This document shows, in pieces, positions 21,161-31,392 of a DNA stretch of 64,000 nt. The notes under the pieces were generated by a model. The model worked only from the letters and a program-made list of their open reading frames with translations. It did no database searches and had not been told where the DNA came from. The DNA is from Flavipsychrobacter sp. GTDB taxonomy: Bacteria > Bacteroidota > Bacteroidia > Chitinophagales > Chitinophagaceae. Location of the stretch: assembly GCA_044220845.1 (NCBI GenBank), contig JBGAQG010000001.1, positions 74,603 through 138,602 of the forward strand. Direction: 5' to 3'. The translations under genes were made by a program, and so were the position numbers. Positions within the stretch are counted from its first letter, which is position 1. Every line of letters begins with the position of its first letter.

Positions 21161-22504
21161 GTGCTTTACGCGGTAGTGGATATTGAGACAACTGGGAGTT
21201 ATGCTGCCGCAAACGGCATAACTGAGATTGCCATTGTCATCCACGACGGCAACAAGGTGCTCAACTTCTACGAGAGCCTGGTCAACCCACAGGTGCCGAT
21301 CCCTTACTTCATACAACGGCTCACCGGCATAGACGATGGCATGGTCCAGAATGCCCCCGTCTTCAGCGAGATAGCGGCACAGGTTTATGAACTGCTGCAG
21401 GACAAGATATTTGTAGCCCACAACGTGAACTTCGACTATTCATTTGTGAAACACCACCTGCAGAGCGCCGGTTATGACCTTGACACCAAGAAGCTGTGCA
21501 CTGTCCGTTTGTCACGCAAGGTGATACCCGGCCTCAATGGTTATAGTCTGGGCAAGCTCACACAACAGCTCAACATCAATCATGCCAATCATCACCGTGC
21601 CGGTGGCGACGCCCTGGCCACTGCCGATCTGCTGGCCATGATCACGGCAAGAGACAAAGGTGGCGCCATAGCCGCTATGCTCAAAGGCCGTAACAGCGAG
21701 CAATACCTGCCACCACACCTGCCTGTTGCCGAGCTGGAAAAACTACCATCATCGGCAGGGGTATACTACTTCTATAATGCTGCCGGCAAGGCTATTTATA
21801 TCGGCAAGGCTCTCAACATCCGTAAGCGGGTAAAAAGCCATTTCTCCAACAACAAACCCAATAAACAAAAGCAGGATTTCCTGCGAGAGACCTATCGCAT
21901 CTCCTACAAAGAATGTGCCACCGAACTGATGGCACACATATTGGAGAGTGCCGAGATACGTAAGCTTTGGCCCGTACACAACCGCAGCCAGCGTGGTTAC
22001 CTCGCCCGGTTTGGGTTGTTCGCTTATGAAGATATGCAAGGATTCATGAGGTTTGCGGTAGAGAAGATCCGCCGAACAGTGAAGCCTATCTATACCTTCA
22101 ATACCATAACAGAAGGGCATTTCATGCTGCGCGAGCTGGTTGAGCAATTTGGGTTATGTACCCGGCTCTGCAACATCACCACCCACCCCGAATGTGGCTG
22201 CGGTAACGACCATATAGACGCTACTGCCTACAACCAAAAGACAGAGGCCGCCATACGATGGATTCGCAGCAACCTACCGACGTTCGCACTCATAGACAAA
22301 GGCATTGACGATAACGAACACAGCTGCATTCTGGTAAAAGACGGCAACCTGTATGGCATGGGCTATCTTAACGACAAGCAGAAACAACTGCAGAGTATTG
22401 ATGCTCTGTTAGCAAGCATAGAACCGCTTCAAGACAACGACTACATCCGTAACCTGGTACTGCGCCATGCTACCGAGTACCCCGAAAAATGTGTGCTGTT
22501 CTGA
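21161..22504 (+). CDS. DEDD 3'-5' exonuclease (DnaQ/epsilon-like) fused to a GIY-YIG (UvrC/Cho-like) nuclease domain
   Basis: GTG start. The N-terminus has VVDIETTG, then AHNVNFDYSF, then HHRAGGDALATADL (Exo I-III). The middle has GVYYFYNAAGKAIYIGKALNIRKRVKSH (GIY-YIG). Confidence 0.85.
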   Translation: MLYAVVDIETTGSYAAANGITEIAIVIHDGNKVLNFYESLVNPQVPIPYFIQRLTGIDDGMVQNAPVFSEIAAQVYELLQDKIFVAHNVNFDYSFVKHHLQSAGYDLDTKKLCTVRLSRKVIPGLNGYSLGKLTQQLNINHANHHRAGGDALATADLLAMITARDKGGAIAAMLKGRNSEQYLPPHLPVAELEKLPSSAGVYYFYNAAGKAIYIGKALNIRKRVKSHFSNNKPNKQKQDFLRETYRISYKECATELMAHILESAEIRKLWPVHNRSQRGYLARFGLFAYEDMQGFMRFAVEKIRRTVKPIYTFNTITEGHFMLRELVEQFGLCTRLCNITTHPECGCGNDHIDATAYNQKTEAAIRWIRSNLPTFALIDKGIDDNEHSCILVKDGNLYGMGYLNDKQKQLQSIDALLASIEPLQDNDYIRNLVLRHATEYPEKCVLF

Positions 22505-22507
22505 TAT

Positions 22508-23149
22508 CTAGGGGATAGTTGAGTAACCGCAAAATTTAAAGCTGCCCCCTGTTTTGACAAATGCAAATGCTTTCTGCATGCCTTCACTACCTCCCCCACT
22601 ATCCATAACGGTCACCAATACCTCTGCAAATACGGCCTTCTTTCTTTCTGCGACCGATGCCATGCAGTTATTGTCGTAGACACCGCGATTGTGTCCATTG
22701 TCAACGAAATCGAGCTTTGACTCATCGAGCAATCGTCCCTTTGTTTCTTCATTCAAAATGACAGGAAGATCATCTCTTATGAATCTGCCTATTTCAATAA
22801 AACACAGCTTTCCATACATCATGTCATACCACTTCTCCGGATACTGATGGCGCATTTCCATGATCTTTTTATACTCTTCGGATGTATTGGTCAGGCAATC
22901 AACACAACCCACACATGGCGTAGACATTGCTTTTATCGTTGCAACGTTTTTAGAAGCGATAGCTGTTGCAAACGCTGCCCATACCTTCTGCAGTTCCAGC
23001 CTATCTGCCGCCGATAGCGTATTCTGTTTAGCATCACCAGCCTGTGCAAAACAAGCACCTGCTACCAACAAGAGTAACAAAGAAACGGAGCCGCGCAGTG
23101 CGGCTCCGTAACATTTCCCCTTATGTTGCGAACTATCCTGCAAATGCAT
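22508..23149 (-). CDS. Secreted hypothetical protein
   Basis: 213 aa with a signal-like [13 protein letters not shown]. It overlaps the dnaJ 3' end by 17 nt. Confidence 0.5.
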   Translation of the reverse strand: MHLQDSSQHKGKCYGAALRGSVSLLLLLVAGACFAQAGDAKQNTLSAADRLELQKVWAAFATAIASKNVATIKAMSTPCVGCVDCLTNTSEEYKKIMEMRHQYPEKWYDMMYGKLCFIEIGRFIRDDLPVILNEETKGRLLDESKLDFVDNGHNRGVYDNNCMASVAERKKAVFAEVLVTVMDSGGGSEGMQKAFAFVKTGGSFKFCGYSTIP

Positions 23150-24308
23150 CTTTTATCTTGTCAAAGAAACCACGCTCTTCCTTCTCTGCGCGGGCATTGG
23201 GCCCGGGTTTGAAGTTGGGAGAGTTTTTCAGTTTCTCCAGTATCTCTTTTTCTTCGTTCGAGAGGTTTTGTGGCGACCATACATTCACTTCTATCAGCTC
23301 GTCACCTTTTTCGTAAGACTGGAACGCCGGGAAACCCTTTCCCTTCAGCCTGAAGATCTTGCCGCTCTGTGTGCCGGCCGGTATTTTTATCTTGGCCTTG
23401 CCATCTATTGTAGGTACCTCAGCCTGCATACCCAATACAGCTTCAGGGAATGAGATATGAAGTTGGTACACTACGTCCAGATCGCGACGGGTGAGGTGTT
23501 CGTGTTTTTCCTCTTCTACCACCAGCAACAGATCTCCGGGAGGGCCGCCACGTTCGCCTGCATTGCCCTTGGCATGCATACTCAGCTGCATACCGTCCTG
23601 CACACCTGCCGGTATGTCCAGGCTCAGTGTCTCTTCGCCATATACACGTCCTTCGCCCTTGCAGCCACCGCACTTTGCGGTTATGGTACTGCCCTCTCCG
23701 TTACAGGTAGGGCAGGTGGTCACCGTCTGCATCTGACCCAGGAAAGTATTAGTCACACGGCGTACCTGACCCGACCCCGAGCATGTGCCGCACGTCTGCA
23801 CTGATCCTTTATCTTTCGCGCCGCTGCCGCTGCATTGCTGGCAGGTGACGTGTTTCTTCACTTTTATCTTCTTAGTGGCACCGTTGGCTATCTCGCCATA
23901 GTCCATCTTCAGTTTGATGCGGAGGTTGGCGCCACGCGATCCCTGCCTGCGGCCACCACCACCGCCGCCGCCGAACATACCGCCAAACATATCGTTGCCG
24001 AATATGTCGCCGAAGTTCTGGAAAATGTCTTCCATGCGCATGCCGCCCTGCGGGCCGTAGCCGCCACCATAACCACCGGCACCGCCGCTGGCTGCATGAC
24101 CAAAGCGATCGTAGTTGGCACGTTTATCGGGCGAGCTCAGCACATCATAAGCCTCGGCCGCCTCTTTGAATTTCTCCTCCGCTTCCTTGTTGCCGGGATT
24201 GCGGTCGGGGTGAAATTCCATCGCTATCTTTCGATACGACTTTTTTATCTCGTCGGCCGATGCGGTCTTCGACACGCCCAGCACCTCATAATAATCTCTT
24301 TTTGCCAT
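23133..24308 (-). CDS. dnaJ: Molecular chaperone DnaJ
   Basis: J domain with [17 protein letters not shown], a Gly/Phe-rich linker, and four CxxCxGxG zinc-finger motifs. Confidence 0.97.
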   Translation of the reverse strand: MAKRDYYEVLGVSKTASADEIKKSYRKIAMEFHPDRNPGNKEAEEKFKEAAEAYDVLSSPDKRANYDRFGHAASGGAGGYGGGYGPQGGMRMEDIFQNFGDIFGNDMFGGMFGGGGGGGRRQGSRGANLRIKLKMDYGEIANGATKKIKVKKHVTCQQCSGSGAKDKGSVQTCGTCSGSGQVRRVTNTFLGQMQTVTTCPTCNGEGSTITAKCGGCKGEGRVYGEETLSLDIPAGVQDGMQLSMHAKGNAGERGGPPGDLLLVVEEEKHEHLTRRDLDVVYQLHISFPEAVLGMQAEVPTIDGKAKIKIPAGTQSGKIFRLKGKGFPAFQSYEKGDELIEVNVWSPQNLSNEEKEILEKLKNSPNFKPGPNARAEKEERGFFDKIKDAFAG

Positions 24309-24391
24309 AATAACACTGCCCTTTTCCGGGGCTGCCCCAACAACCTCAAAAGGCTACTGACGGCTATGTGAACAATTACTTTCCTAATTCA

Positions 24392-25015
24392 TTATTTACC
24401 CACTACCACCTTTGCGTGCCTTATCAGCTTATCGTTCAGGAAGTAGCCGCATTCCACCTCTGCTACCACCTTTCCCTTCATGTCTTCTGTTGGTGCAGGT
24501 ATCTCGGTGATGGCTTCGTGCAGGTCCACGTCAAAATCTTTGTTGAGCGCCTCCATCTTACGCAGTCCTTTCTGGTGCATGGTGTTGCGCAGCTTACTGA
24601 ACACCAGAGATATACCTTCCTTAGCCACGGCCAGATCGGTAGTGGTCTCCAGCGTCTTCTCGGCGCGGTCCACATCGTCGAGCGAGTCCAGCAATGACTG
24701 AATGATGTCCCTACCGGCAGTGAGGCGCATTTCATTCATTTCTTTGGCCTGCCTGCGCCTGAAGTTCTCAAACTCGGCCAACTGGCGTATGTGTTTATCC
24801 TTCAGCTCGGCTATCTCGGCCAGCAACTTATCTTTCTCTTCGTCAATACCCTCATCTATCATGTCTGTACCGGCCCTGCTGTCGTCCGTATTCAACACAT
24901 TTGACAATATTTCCTCCATTGCCTCATTCTGCGACAAGTTGTCGGTATTTTCATTGGCTCCGTTCACGTTTTCGGCTTTCTGTTCGCTCATATTCTTCTT
25001 TTTTTTGAAAAACAT
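24392..25015 (-). CDS. grpE: Nucleotide exchange factor GrpE
   Basis: 207 aa with the typical GrpE coiled coil and a C-terminal beta domain. It lies adjacent to dnaJ. Confidence 0.93.
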   Translation of the reverse strand: MFFKKKKNMSEQKAENVNGANENTDNLSQNEAMEEILSNVLNTDDSRAGTDMIDEGIDEEKDKLLAEIAELKDKHIRQLAEFENFRRRQAKEMNEMRLTAGRDIIQSLLDSLDDVDRAEKTLETTTDLAVAKEGISLVFSKLRNTMHQKGLRKMEALNKDFDVDLHEAITEIPAPTEDMKGKVVAEVECGYFLNDKLIRHAKVVVGK

Positions 25016-25072
25016 AGTATGGTTAGTATTGTCAATTTCTTTGCCAAATTGCTTTTTCCGACAAAATGTCGG

Positions 25073-25435
25073 TCACCTTTCAGGCTGATTTTCATCTGCG
25101 TCGTCTATGTGCAGGCGGTGAAACAACCTGTGAGCGGCAGGGGCCAGAATGATGCCGATATTGGTAATAAAAGCCACTCCGCTAAAAATGGCATAGGCCG
25201 ATGAGAACAACTTGCCACCCACATTGGAGATCTCTACCACAGGTCCCATCCCGCTCAGGATCATGGACGCATTATGAATTGAATCGATCCATGCGATGTG
25301 CGCACAATAGTGATAACCCAACACCCCGATAGCCAGGCAAGCCAGCAATATGACTAATGCCACCACCAGACTGCGGATGACCCGCGACACAAACACAGCC
25401 CGCGTGGCTATGGGTTGACTCTTCTTTTCATACAT
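25073..25435 (-). CDS. Small membrane protein (2-3 TM), function unknown
   Basis: 120 aa with hydrophobic segments. Confidence 0.55.
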   Translation of the reverse strand: MYEKKSQPIATRAVFVSRVIRSLVVALVILLACLAIGVLGYHYCAHIAWIDSIHNASMILSGMGPVVEISNVGGKLFSSAYAIFSGVAFITNIGIILAPAAHRLFHRLHIDDADENQPER

Positions 25436-25851
25436 AACAACTGCAATTTACTGATATGACCACGAACCACAACCGCTCAGATCTCCCGTTCTTAAGAAAG
25501 CGTACAAGAGAGAATGGCAATAATAAAATATTGATAATCAATTATTTGAGCACAGGGCGCCCTAAAACCTCGTTAAAAAAACTCCCAAAAACCTCCCGTG
25601 CATCTATGCCCACAATAGGTAGCCCCAAAGGCCCACCCCAGTTTTGTCAGTCAAATATCGGAAGAAGGGCAATAATCGATCGGGAAAAATATTTATGACA
25701 CTACGGAAAGCGCACTGTCACAGAACTTAATTCTGACACCTATTGCATAGGGATCTTGTTATGCATAAAACGTAAACTGAAGTTTGAGAATGGCATTCGG
25801 ATTGAATAATAAAATCCTATATTTACCGAACACCAACAAAATTTACCCCAA

Positions 25852-26268
25852 TTGAAAAAGACACTTTTTGCCGCTGTTGCGGTGCTGTTGGCCATGGGTT
25901 GTGCCGGTCCTGAAGAAGATGTGGAAGCCAAACTGAAAAACTTCTACTCGTGGTACATCACTACCAACGACACCCTGAAGACAGGGAAAGTATCAGCCGA
26001 CACATTGGAGAAATACATCACTGCTGCCTACCGCGAGCGGATAGCAGGTGATTCTGAACTTGATTACGATCCGATACTATCGGCGCAGGACTATGACAAA
26101 AAGTGGGTGAACACACTGACCGTGAGCAAGGCAACTGCCGGCCGTGAGAAAATATACCGGGTGAGTTTCCTAACCGACGAAAAAGAAAAGATCAGCCATA
26201 ACATTGTTGTGACCATGAACAAAGAACATGGCGAATGGAAGATAGACTATGTAGAGGCGAATAAGTGA
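25852..26268 (+). CDS. Lipoprotein, possibly DUF3828-like
   Basis: TTG start. Lipobox LLAMGC. 138 aa. Confidence 0.55.
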   Translation: MKKTLFAAVAVLLAMGCAGPEEDVEAKLKNFYSWYITTNDTLKTGKVSADTLEKYITAAYRERIAGDSELDYDPILSAQDYDKKWVNTLTVSKATAGREKIYRVSFLTDEKEKISHNIVVTMNKEHGEWKIDYVEANK

Positions 26269-26292
26269 TCAGGACTACTAATTCACCCCTCA

Positions 26293-26790
26293 TCAATGGC
26301 ACTTAAAATACTCGAACGGCTCTTTGCAGTCGAGGCATTTGTACAAGGCTTTGCAGGAGGTGGGGCCAAAGCGGCTCACAAGTTCGGTATGGGTTGAATT
26401 GCAGCGCGGGCAGGTGACGTCGTCGTCTTCAAAAAGCCCCAGATCGGCAAACGCTTTTCTATTGGGCGGGGCTATACCATATTCCTTCAGCTTTCGCTTG
26501 CCCTCCTCGGTCATCCAGTCGGTGGTCCATGCCGGGCTTATCTGTTGCTCCACCACAACGTTGCGGATGCCTCGCCCACCCAATGCCATACGTATAGCAA
26601 CAGCGATCACGTCCATAGCAGGGCAGCCGCTATAGGTGGGTGTAATGACCACACGGATCTGAAACGGGTCCCGCGTCACTACTACATCGCGCACAATGCC
26701 AAGATCCAGAATAGTGAGCACGGGTACTTCGGGGTCTGTCACTTCAGAAAGCCAATCCATTACCTGCTCCTTTGTGATTTCGCGTTCCAT
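26293..26790 (-). CDS. PaaD/PaaJ-like protein (DUF59/MIP18 domain + C-terminal Zn ribbon)
   Basis: 165 aa. Motifs VTDPEVPVLTILDLGIVRDV, TPTYSGCPAM and CPRCNS...CLDCKEPF. Its ATG shares one base with the stop of the upstream gene (TAATG at 26788-26792). Confidence 0.8.
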   Translation of the reverse strand: MEREITKEQVMDWLSEVTDPEVPVLTILDLGIVRDVVVTRDPFQIRVVITPTYSGCPAMDVIAVAIRMALGGRGIRNVVVEQQISPAWTTDWMTEEGKRKLKEYGIAPPNRKAFADLGLFEDDDVTCPRCNSTHTELVSRFGPTSCKALYKCLDCKEPFEYFKCH

Positions 26791-29096
26791 TACTTCATTG
26801 TTTTGAACAGATGTCCGTTCACCATCACCTCGCCCTTGGCACTGCGTGTTATGAACAGCCCTGCGGCGGGGCGCAGCAACAGTTCATCCATGGCCAGGTA
26901 TGCGGGGTTGGGTGTGTTGATGACCTGCACCTGAATCCGCCTGCATGCAGCCGGTATGTAAAAGTACTGCGCACAGCGGAACCACATATCACGACTGTCT
27001 ATACTTGCATTGGTGGCCGCTTTCACGGTGCTTATCTCGTTGCCCTTTTCATCCAGCAAGTGCAGCAGCAGATCGGGTGAACGATAGTCGGCCCGACCCA
27101 CCAGGAACCATGCGGACACTTCATATTCGACACTGTCGGTAGCGATACTCACCGGGATATCAGCAAATATACTGTCGTTGCCAAGTATAACGGGCGCACA
27201 GCCAGTGCCGAATAAAGGAGTACCCCTTATACCGTCATCAAAGTGGGCGGCATACCACGAACCGGTGGAACCTACAAGTGTATCGGTAGTCACATAGGAT
27301 ACTATAGCGTTCACACTGTCGGCAAAGTGTTTGTCTGCTGCACGTATGCGTGCCGGGTAGACGGCATAAACACGGCAGTCTGAGTGCTCACCAATATAGT
27401 CGGCATTGTCCAGCAGATACTGCTCGCCGTGTGTTAGCACATCAGTCTTCAGTACCATGGCCAGAAACGGACGATCGTCGGGCAGCATATCGAGAGTGGG
27501 CTTCTGTGCAAACGGTCCCGCTATGAGCCGCACCTGGTCCTGCGCCTGGGACCACGATGATCGCGACATCATGACATCCACAATGGGCAGATGCAGCTGC
27601 AGTGCGGCCTTGCTGCCCAGCGTCATCATCCACCCCTCGTGACCTATCCACAACTTCTCGGTACCAATGTGGAAGTACTTCAGCAGCAGCAACGCCTGAA
27701 AGTCGGTGGGCCGGTGTTTATGCTCTGTCAGGAAATCTTTCCACGTCTTCTCGAGTTTCGACCAGATCATGTCGTAGTTGTAGGCACCCTGCTCTGAGAC
27801 CTCGCGAGTGGTTTTCATGTAACCACGCACTTCAAGGCTCCACACCATGGTGGCCAACCCCAGCAAGGCCCATGCGGTGCGGATGCGGCCTGAAGCCTTA
27901 AGTGCGGCAAACCATTGGTACATGACCACAGAAGCATAAACGGCTATGATATAATAGAAGATCCACACAAAACGCCCCAAAGCGCGGAATTGTTTAAAAC
28001 CAACGAGATACTGAATCAGCCATTGCATGTTCCAGATGAACGGAATACCCATGCTGAAAATAAGGACCGAAAAGGCCATCCATACCCATAATCTGTCGAA
28101 CTGCGGTAATGGCAGCAGGTGAACAGTACCCTTACGGACACGCACATGTACCTGCTGCAATGCCAGCAGACCAAGCATACCTATGACGACCAGACCAAGG
28201 TAAGAATAACCTTCTCCTCCGTTGCTTACCCTAGGCATAATGTTGTGCTCTACAAGGAACTTCCAGAAGGGTGAAAAGTAAGAAGTGATGACCTGCGGCA
28301 GATTGGTGTAACTGTCCACAGGATTGTATGGCGTTTGCGGGCGGTCGTGTATCGTATCGGTGACACGGATAAGCACCATAACGGTGGCAGGCACCGCTGC
28401 GCCCGACCCGAAGTAAGGCGCCACACGCTTCAGGCGCTGCGACCATTTGCCACCGGCCAGTATGAGGTACCATACACTGTACGCACCTACCCAAACCAGC
28501 ACCATGCCGGCATAGTATGGGTGCAGCAACGAACTGACGACACCCAAAACGAAGATGTAGATACATTGGCGGATTCGGGCGGTCTCGTGGTATTGCAGCG
28601 ACCAGTAGAACAGCATGGGTATAACACAAGTGAACGCCAGCGCATAGTGCCCCCGCACGCATATCATTTGCGGAGTGAGGAAGCTGATACACGCCCCGAA
28701 CACCATGGCATACAGAGGCGATGTGCCGAACCGCAGCATTACCTTGTAGAGATAAACAACAGACAGCACATAACTAAGCCCCAGCAACCACCACAAGACC
28801 GTGAGGGCCACCGGCGCCGATACATTGCCGATAGATGCAAAGAACACCGACAGCAATGGTATACCGTCGGTGAACACTATATGCTCTCCAAACGGATAGT
28901 TCATGCCCTGAAAGTGATAGCCGCTGCCCCAAATGCTGTGGTAGAGGTAGGTAAGGTTGTTCTTGGCACCATCGCCGCCTATGTCGGGCAGCATGCGCCA
29001 CGGAATGCGCACAATGTGGTGCAGCGAAAATACAGTAAGCACCACCGCGAACACGGTGGTGGCCAGAAGCCATAAACTGCGTTGTTGCCGTGTCAT
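26790..29096 (-). CDS. Large polytopic membrane protein with a C-terminal extracytoplasmic domain (GT-C / YfhO-like by inference)
   Basis: 768 aa. The N-terminal ~430 aa holds about 11-13 TM helices, and the soluble C-terminal domain is ~330 aa. It overlaps the upstream GT2 gene by 4 nt. Confidence 0.75.
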   Translation of the reverse strand: MTRQQRSLWLLATTVFAVVLTVFSLHHIVRIPWRMLPDIGGDGAKNNLTYLYHSIWGSGYHFQGMNYPFGEHIVFTDGIPLLSVFFASIGNVSAPVALTVLWWLLGLSYVLSVVYLYKVMLRFGTSPLYAMVFGACISFLTPQMICVRGHYALAFTCVIPMLFYWSLQYHETARIRQCIYIFVLGVVSSLLHPYYAGMVLVWVGAYSVWYLILAGGKWSQRLKRVAPYFGSGAAVPATVMVLIRVTDTIHDRPQTPYNPVDSYTNLPQVITSYFSPFWKFLVEHNIMPRVSNGGEGYSYLGLVVIGMLGLLALQQVHVRVRKGTVHLLPLPQFDRLWVWMAFSVLIFSMGIPFIWNMQWLIQYLVGFKQFRALGRFVWIFYYIIAVYASVVMYQWFAALKASGRIRTAWALLGLATMVWSLEVRGYMKTTREVSEQGAYNYDMIWSKLEKTWKDFLTEHKHRPTDFQALLLLKYFHIGTEKLWIGHEGWMMTLGSKAALQLHLPIVDVMMSRSSWSQAQDQVRLIAGPFAQKPTLDMLPDDRPFLAMVLKTDVLTHGEQYLLDNADYIGEHSDCRVYAVYPARIRAADKHFADSVNAIVSYVTTDTLVGSTGSWYAAHFDDGIRGTPLFGTGCAPVILGNDSIFADIPVSIATDSVEYEVSAWFLVGRADYRSPDLLLHLLDEKGNEISTVKAATNASIDSRDMWFRCAQYFYIPAACRRIQVQVINTPNPAYLAMDELLLRPAAGLFITRSAKGEVMVNGHLFKTMK

Positions 29097-29818
29097 CGGT
29101 TCTTATTGAAGAGCAGACTGATGAAGTTGCGCATTTCAGGCAGTAAAATACGATAATTCATGCTGCGGAAACGAATGTTCTCCTTCAGCGTGACGGGGAT
29201 GGCCACCATGCGCAGTGTCTTACCGGCTGTACACTTGTATACAAATTCCAGATCGAACAGATACCTGTCTATGGTGGTAGAGAGAAACACACCCGCGGCC
29301 GCCCGGTTGAAGCCCTTGAGCCCGCACTGGGTATCGGTGATGGGCATGGAGAGCAGGGTGCGGGTGCCCAGTCGCAGTACACGCGAAATGACCCTGCGCA
29401 CGAAAGGCACATGGCTGTAATAGTCGGCATTCTTGACGCCGATGGCCACATCACACGATCCGCTACTAAGTACTTTGTACACCTCACAGATACTTGCTGA
29501 TGTGTATGGAAAATCGATGTCGGTATATATGATTATGTCGCCGGTGGCAGCCTCAACACCTTTTCGGGTGGCGTATCCCTTGCCATGATTGTCGGGGTAA
29601 GTAATGACTCTGAGTGTGGGTATGTTAGCCCGCAAATACCCGAGTGTCTGTTTTGTCACCGTGGCACTGGCGCCGTCCAGCACCAAAATCAGCTCGGCAT
29701 CGCCGCCCCAGCACTCTGCCAGTGCAGAGAAGCAGGAACATACTACCTCTTCCCAGCCGGGCTGGGGATTGTAGCAGGGCAAAACCAGAGAAACGGGCAT
29801 GGGGTCAAAAATAGGCAT
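29093..29818 (-). CDS. Family 2 glycosyltransferase (polyprenyl-phosphate sugar synthase-like)
   Basis: 241 aa. Motifs VSLVLPCYNP, DGASATV, YTDIDFPY (DxD) and TDTQCGLKGF. Confidence 0.88.
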   Translation of the reverse strand: MPIFDPMPVSLVLPCYNPQPGWEEVVCSCFSALAECWGGDAELILVLDGASATVTKQTLGYLRANIPTLRVITYPDNHGKGYATRKGVEAATGDIIIYTDIDFPYTSASICEVYKVLSSGSCDVAIGVKNADYYSHVPFVRRVISRVLRLGTRTLLSMPITDTQCGLKGFNRAAAGVFLSTTIDRYLFDLEFVYKCTAGKTLRMVAIPVTLKENIRFRSMNYRILLPEMRNFISLLFNKNR

Positions 29819-29909
29819 AAAAGTAACGGCACCCGATCCGAAAAATTACACGGTCAGGAACAGTTTCCTGTTAAGGGCAAACCGGAGACAATTGAACCAC
29901 CCGAAGGCG

Positions 29910-30752
29910 TTAGTTGAACTTGTCGTGCTGGTTGTAAGTATCAAAGGTATTGTACCAGGTATATTCCTTCCAACGGCCCGAGAATGGCATGATGATGAAA
30001 GAAAGCTGCAACTGAGATGTGGAACTGAACTTGAACGGACCGTCAGTAAGGTTATTCAAAGACCTGTTCACATCCATCAGGTTCACATTGCCCATAGAGT
30101 ACATAGCGCGGATCTTCCAGCAGAAACCTGTGAAAACCGACCAGTCGAATTTAGCGTAAGGAAGGCAGCTGTAACCATACTGTGCTGTGAAACCACTCAC
30201 ACCCTCCAGATTAGTCATCATGATCTGCGGTATCACACCGATCCCGAATGTTGCACCCATTGGCAGGCGCTTAGTGAGGATGGCATCGTTGCCGATCTTG
30301 TAATCAATACCAATAGGCATGCACACCTGCATAGTAGCCGCGTTCAGCGATGGGCTGCCTGCTTTGTATGTGCCGCTGGTGTTCATGGTCTGGTTAAGGT
30401 CGCTCCAGGTATACATATTTGCCTGCAACTGAGCCGCTACAGCCCAGCAACTGATGTGACCGGTAGCCTTGAACGGCAGACAAAGCCCTATACTGCCACC
30501 AAAGCCTGCACCCGGCAGTTTGCGGGTAGCAGTAGAATCTCCTTTGAACTCACCACCGGCATCTACAACACGCACCACACCGGTAAAAGAACCTGACGGC
30601 ATCACCAGTCCGCCGCCTATTTCGTAACGTAACGGATTGCGCAGATTGCTCCAGAAGGGTTCAACCATGTGCTGGTACTGAGCAAAACTCACTACCGGCA
30701 TCATAGCAAAAATAAATGCAGTAACGAAACAGGCTTTCCTGATCAGATTCAT
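29910..30752 (-). CDS. Secreted, probably outer-membrane beta-barrel protein
   Basis: 280 aa with a signal peptide ending SFAQ, and a Gly/aromatic-rich alternating composition. Confidence 0.55.
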   Translation of the reverse strand: MNLIRKACFVTAFIFAMMPVVSFAQYQHMVEPFWSNLRNPLRYEIGGGLVMPSGSFTGVVRVVDAGGEFKGDSTATRKLPGAGFGGSIGLCLPFKATGHISCWAVAAQLQANMYTWSDLNQTMNTSGTYKAGSPSLNAATMQVCMPIGIDYKIGNDAILTKRLPMGATFGIGVIPQIMMTNLEGVSGFTAQYGYSCLPYAKFDWSVFTGFCWKIRAMYSMGNVNLMDVNRSLNNLTDGPFKFSSTSQLQLSFIIMPFSGRWKEYTWYNTFDTYNQHDKFN

Positions 30753-30846
30753 ACGTGTTGTGCCTTTGGGTTGTAAATATATAAAAAGACATCTAAAAAT
30801 ACTATTTTATTGACGATTAGCGGTTTTTGCGGGCGTGTAGCTACTT

Positions 30847-31284
30847 TTGAACTGCCTGATGACAAAAACATATCTGTATATCGCTGAAACTTCCCGAAAA
30901 GGCCGGGGTATGTTCACCAAAAAGCCCATAAAGGCCGATACCGTGATAGAAAGCGCCCCTGTCATTGTCATGACCTCGGAAGACAGGAAGCTTATAGACC
31001 AGACCCTTTTATATAATTACATATTCGAATGGCAGCCGAACGGCGCAGATATGTGCTGCATGGCTCTGGGCAACATACCCATATACAATCATTCATATAC
31101 ATCCAACTGCGAGTACTTTATGGATTATGAAAAAAGTGAGATGTACATCCAGACAGTGCGGGATATTGAAGCAGGTGAAGAGCTGACCATCAACTACAAT
31201 GGCAACTGGGACGACAAAACGCCGGTATGGTTTGAGGTGGATGCCGATTCAGGGGTCAGGGATCAAGAGACGGCTAATGGGTAG
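30847..31284 (+). CDS. SET-domain protein (putative lysine methyltransferase)
   Basis: 145 aa. Motifs GRGMFTKKPIKADTVIESAPV, IYNHSYTSNCEY (NHS) and EAGEELTINYNG. Confidence 0.8.
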   Translation: MNCLMTKTYLYIAETSRKGRGMFTKKPIKADTVIESAPVIVMTSEDRKLIDQTLLYNYIFEWQPNGADMCCMALGNIPIYNHSYTSNCEYFMDYEKSEMYIQTVRDIEAGEELTINYNGNWDDKTPVWFEVDADSGVRDQETANG

Positions 31285-31392
31285 CTGAAACCGCAAAAGC
31301 CCAAATTGTTGCGGGTATTTTAAAATGAATACATTATTTTTACGGAAACTAATGCTGCCGGGTGACGCCCGGCACAAGAAAATTGTTTTGAT

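Noticed and set aside
25436-25851. 416-bp gene-free divergent region with an 80-aa ORF (25456-25698); a possible ncRNA
   Set aside because: The ORF is basic and low-complexity, and I saw no start context for it. I could not find a convincing promoter-hairpin-terminator unit or a known RNA motif. It is probably just two divergent promoters.
28335-29075. 246-aa plus-strand ORF, and other long antisense ORFs (37120-37734, 36407-37063, 42698-43495, 11176-11931, 47563-48198)
   Set aside because: Each lies wholly inside a motif-bearing gene on the other strand and has an Arg/His/Gly-rich shadow composition.
29799-30596. 265-aa plus-strand ORF opposite 29910-30752
   Set aside because: The minus-strand ORF has a canonical signal peptide and a beta-barrel-like composition. 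The plus ORF is Arg/His-rich with no features, so I treat it as an antisense shadow.
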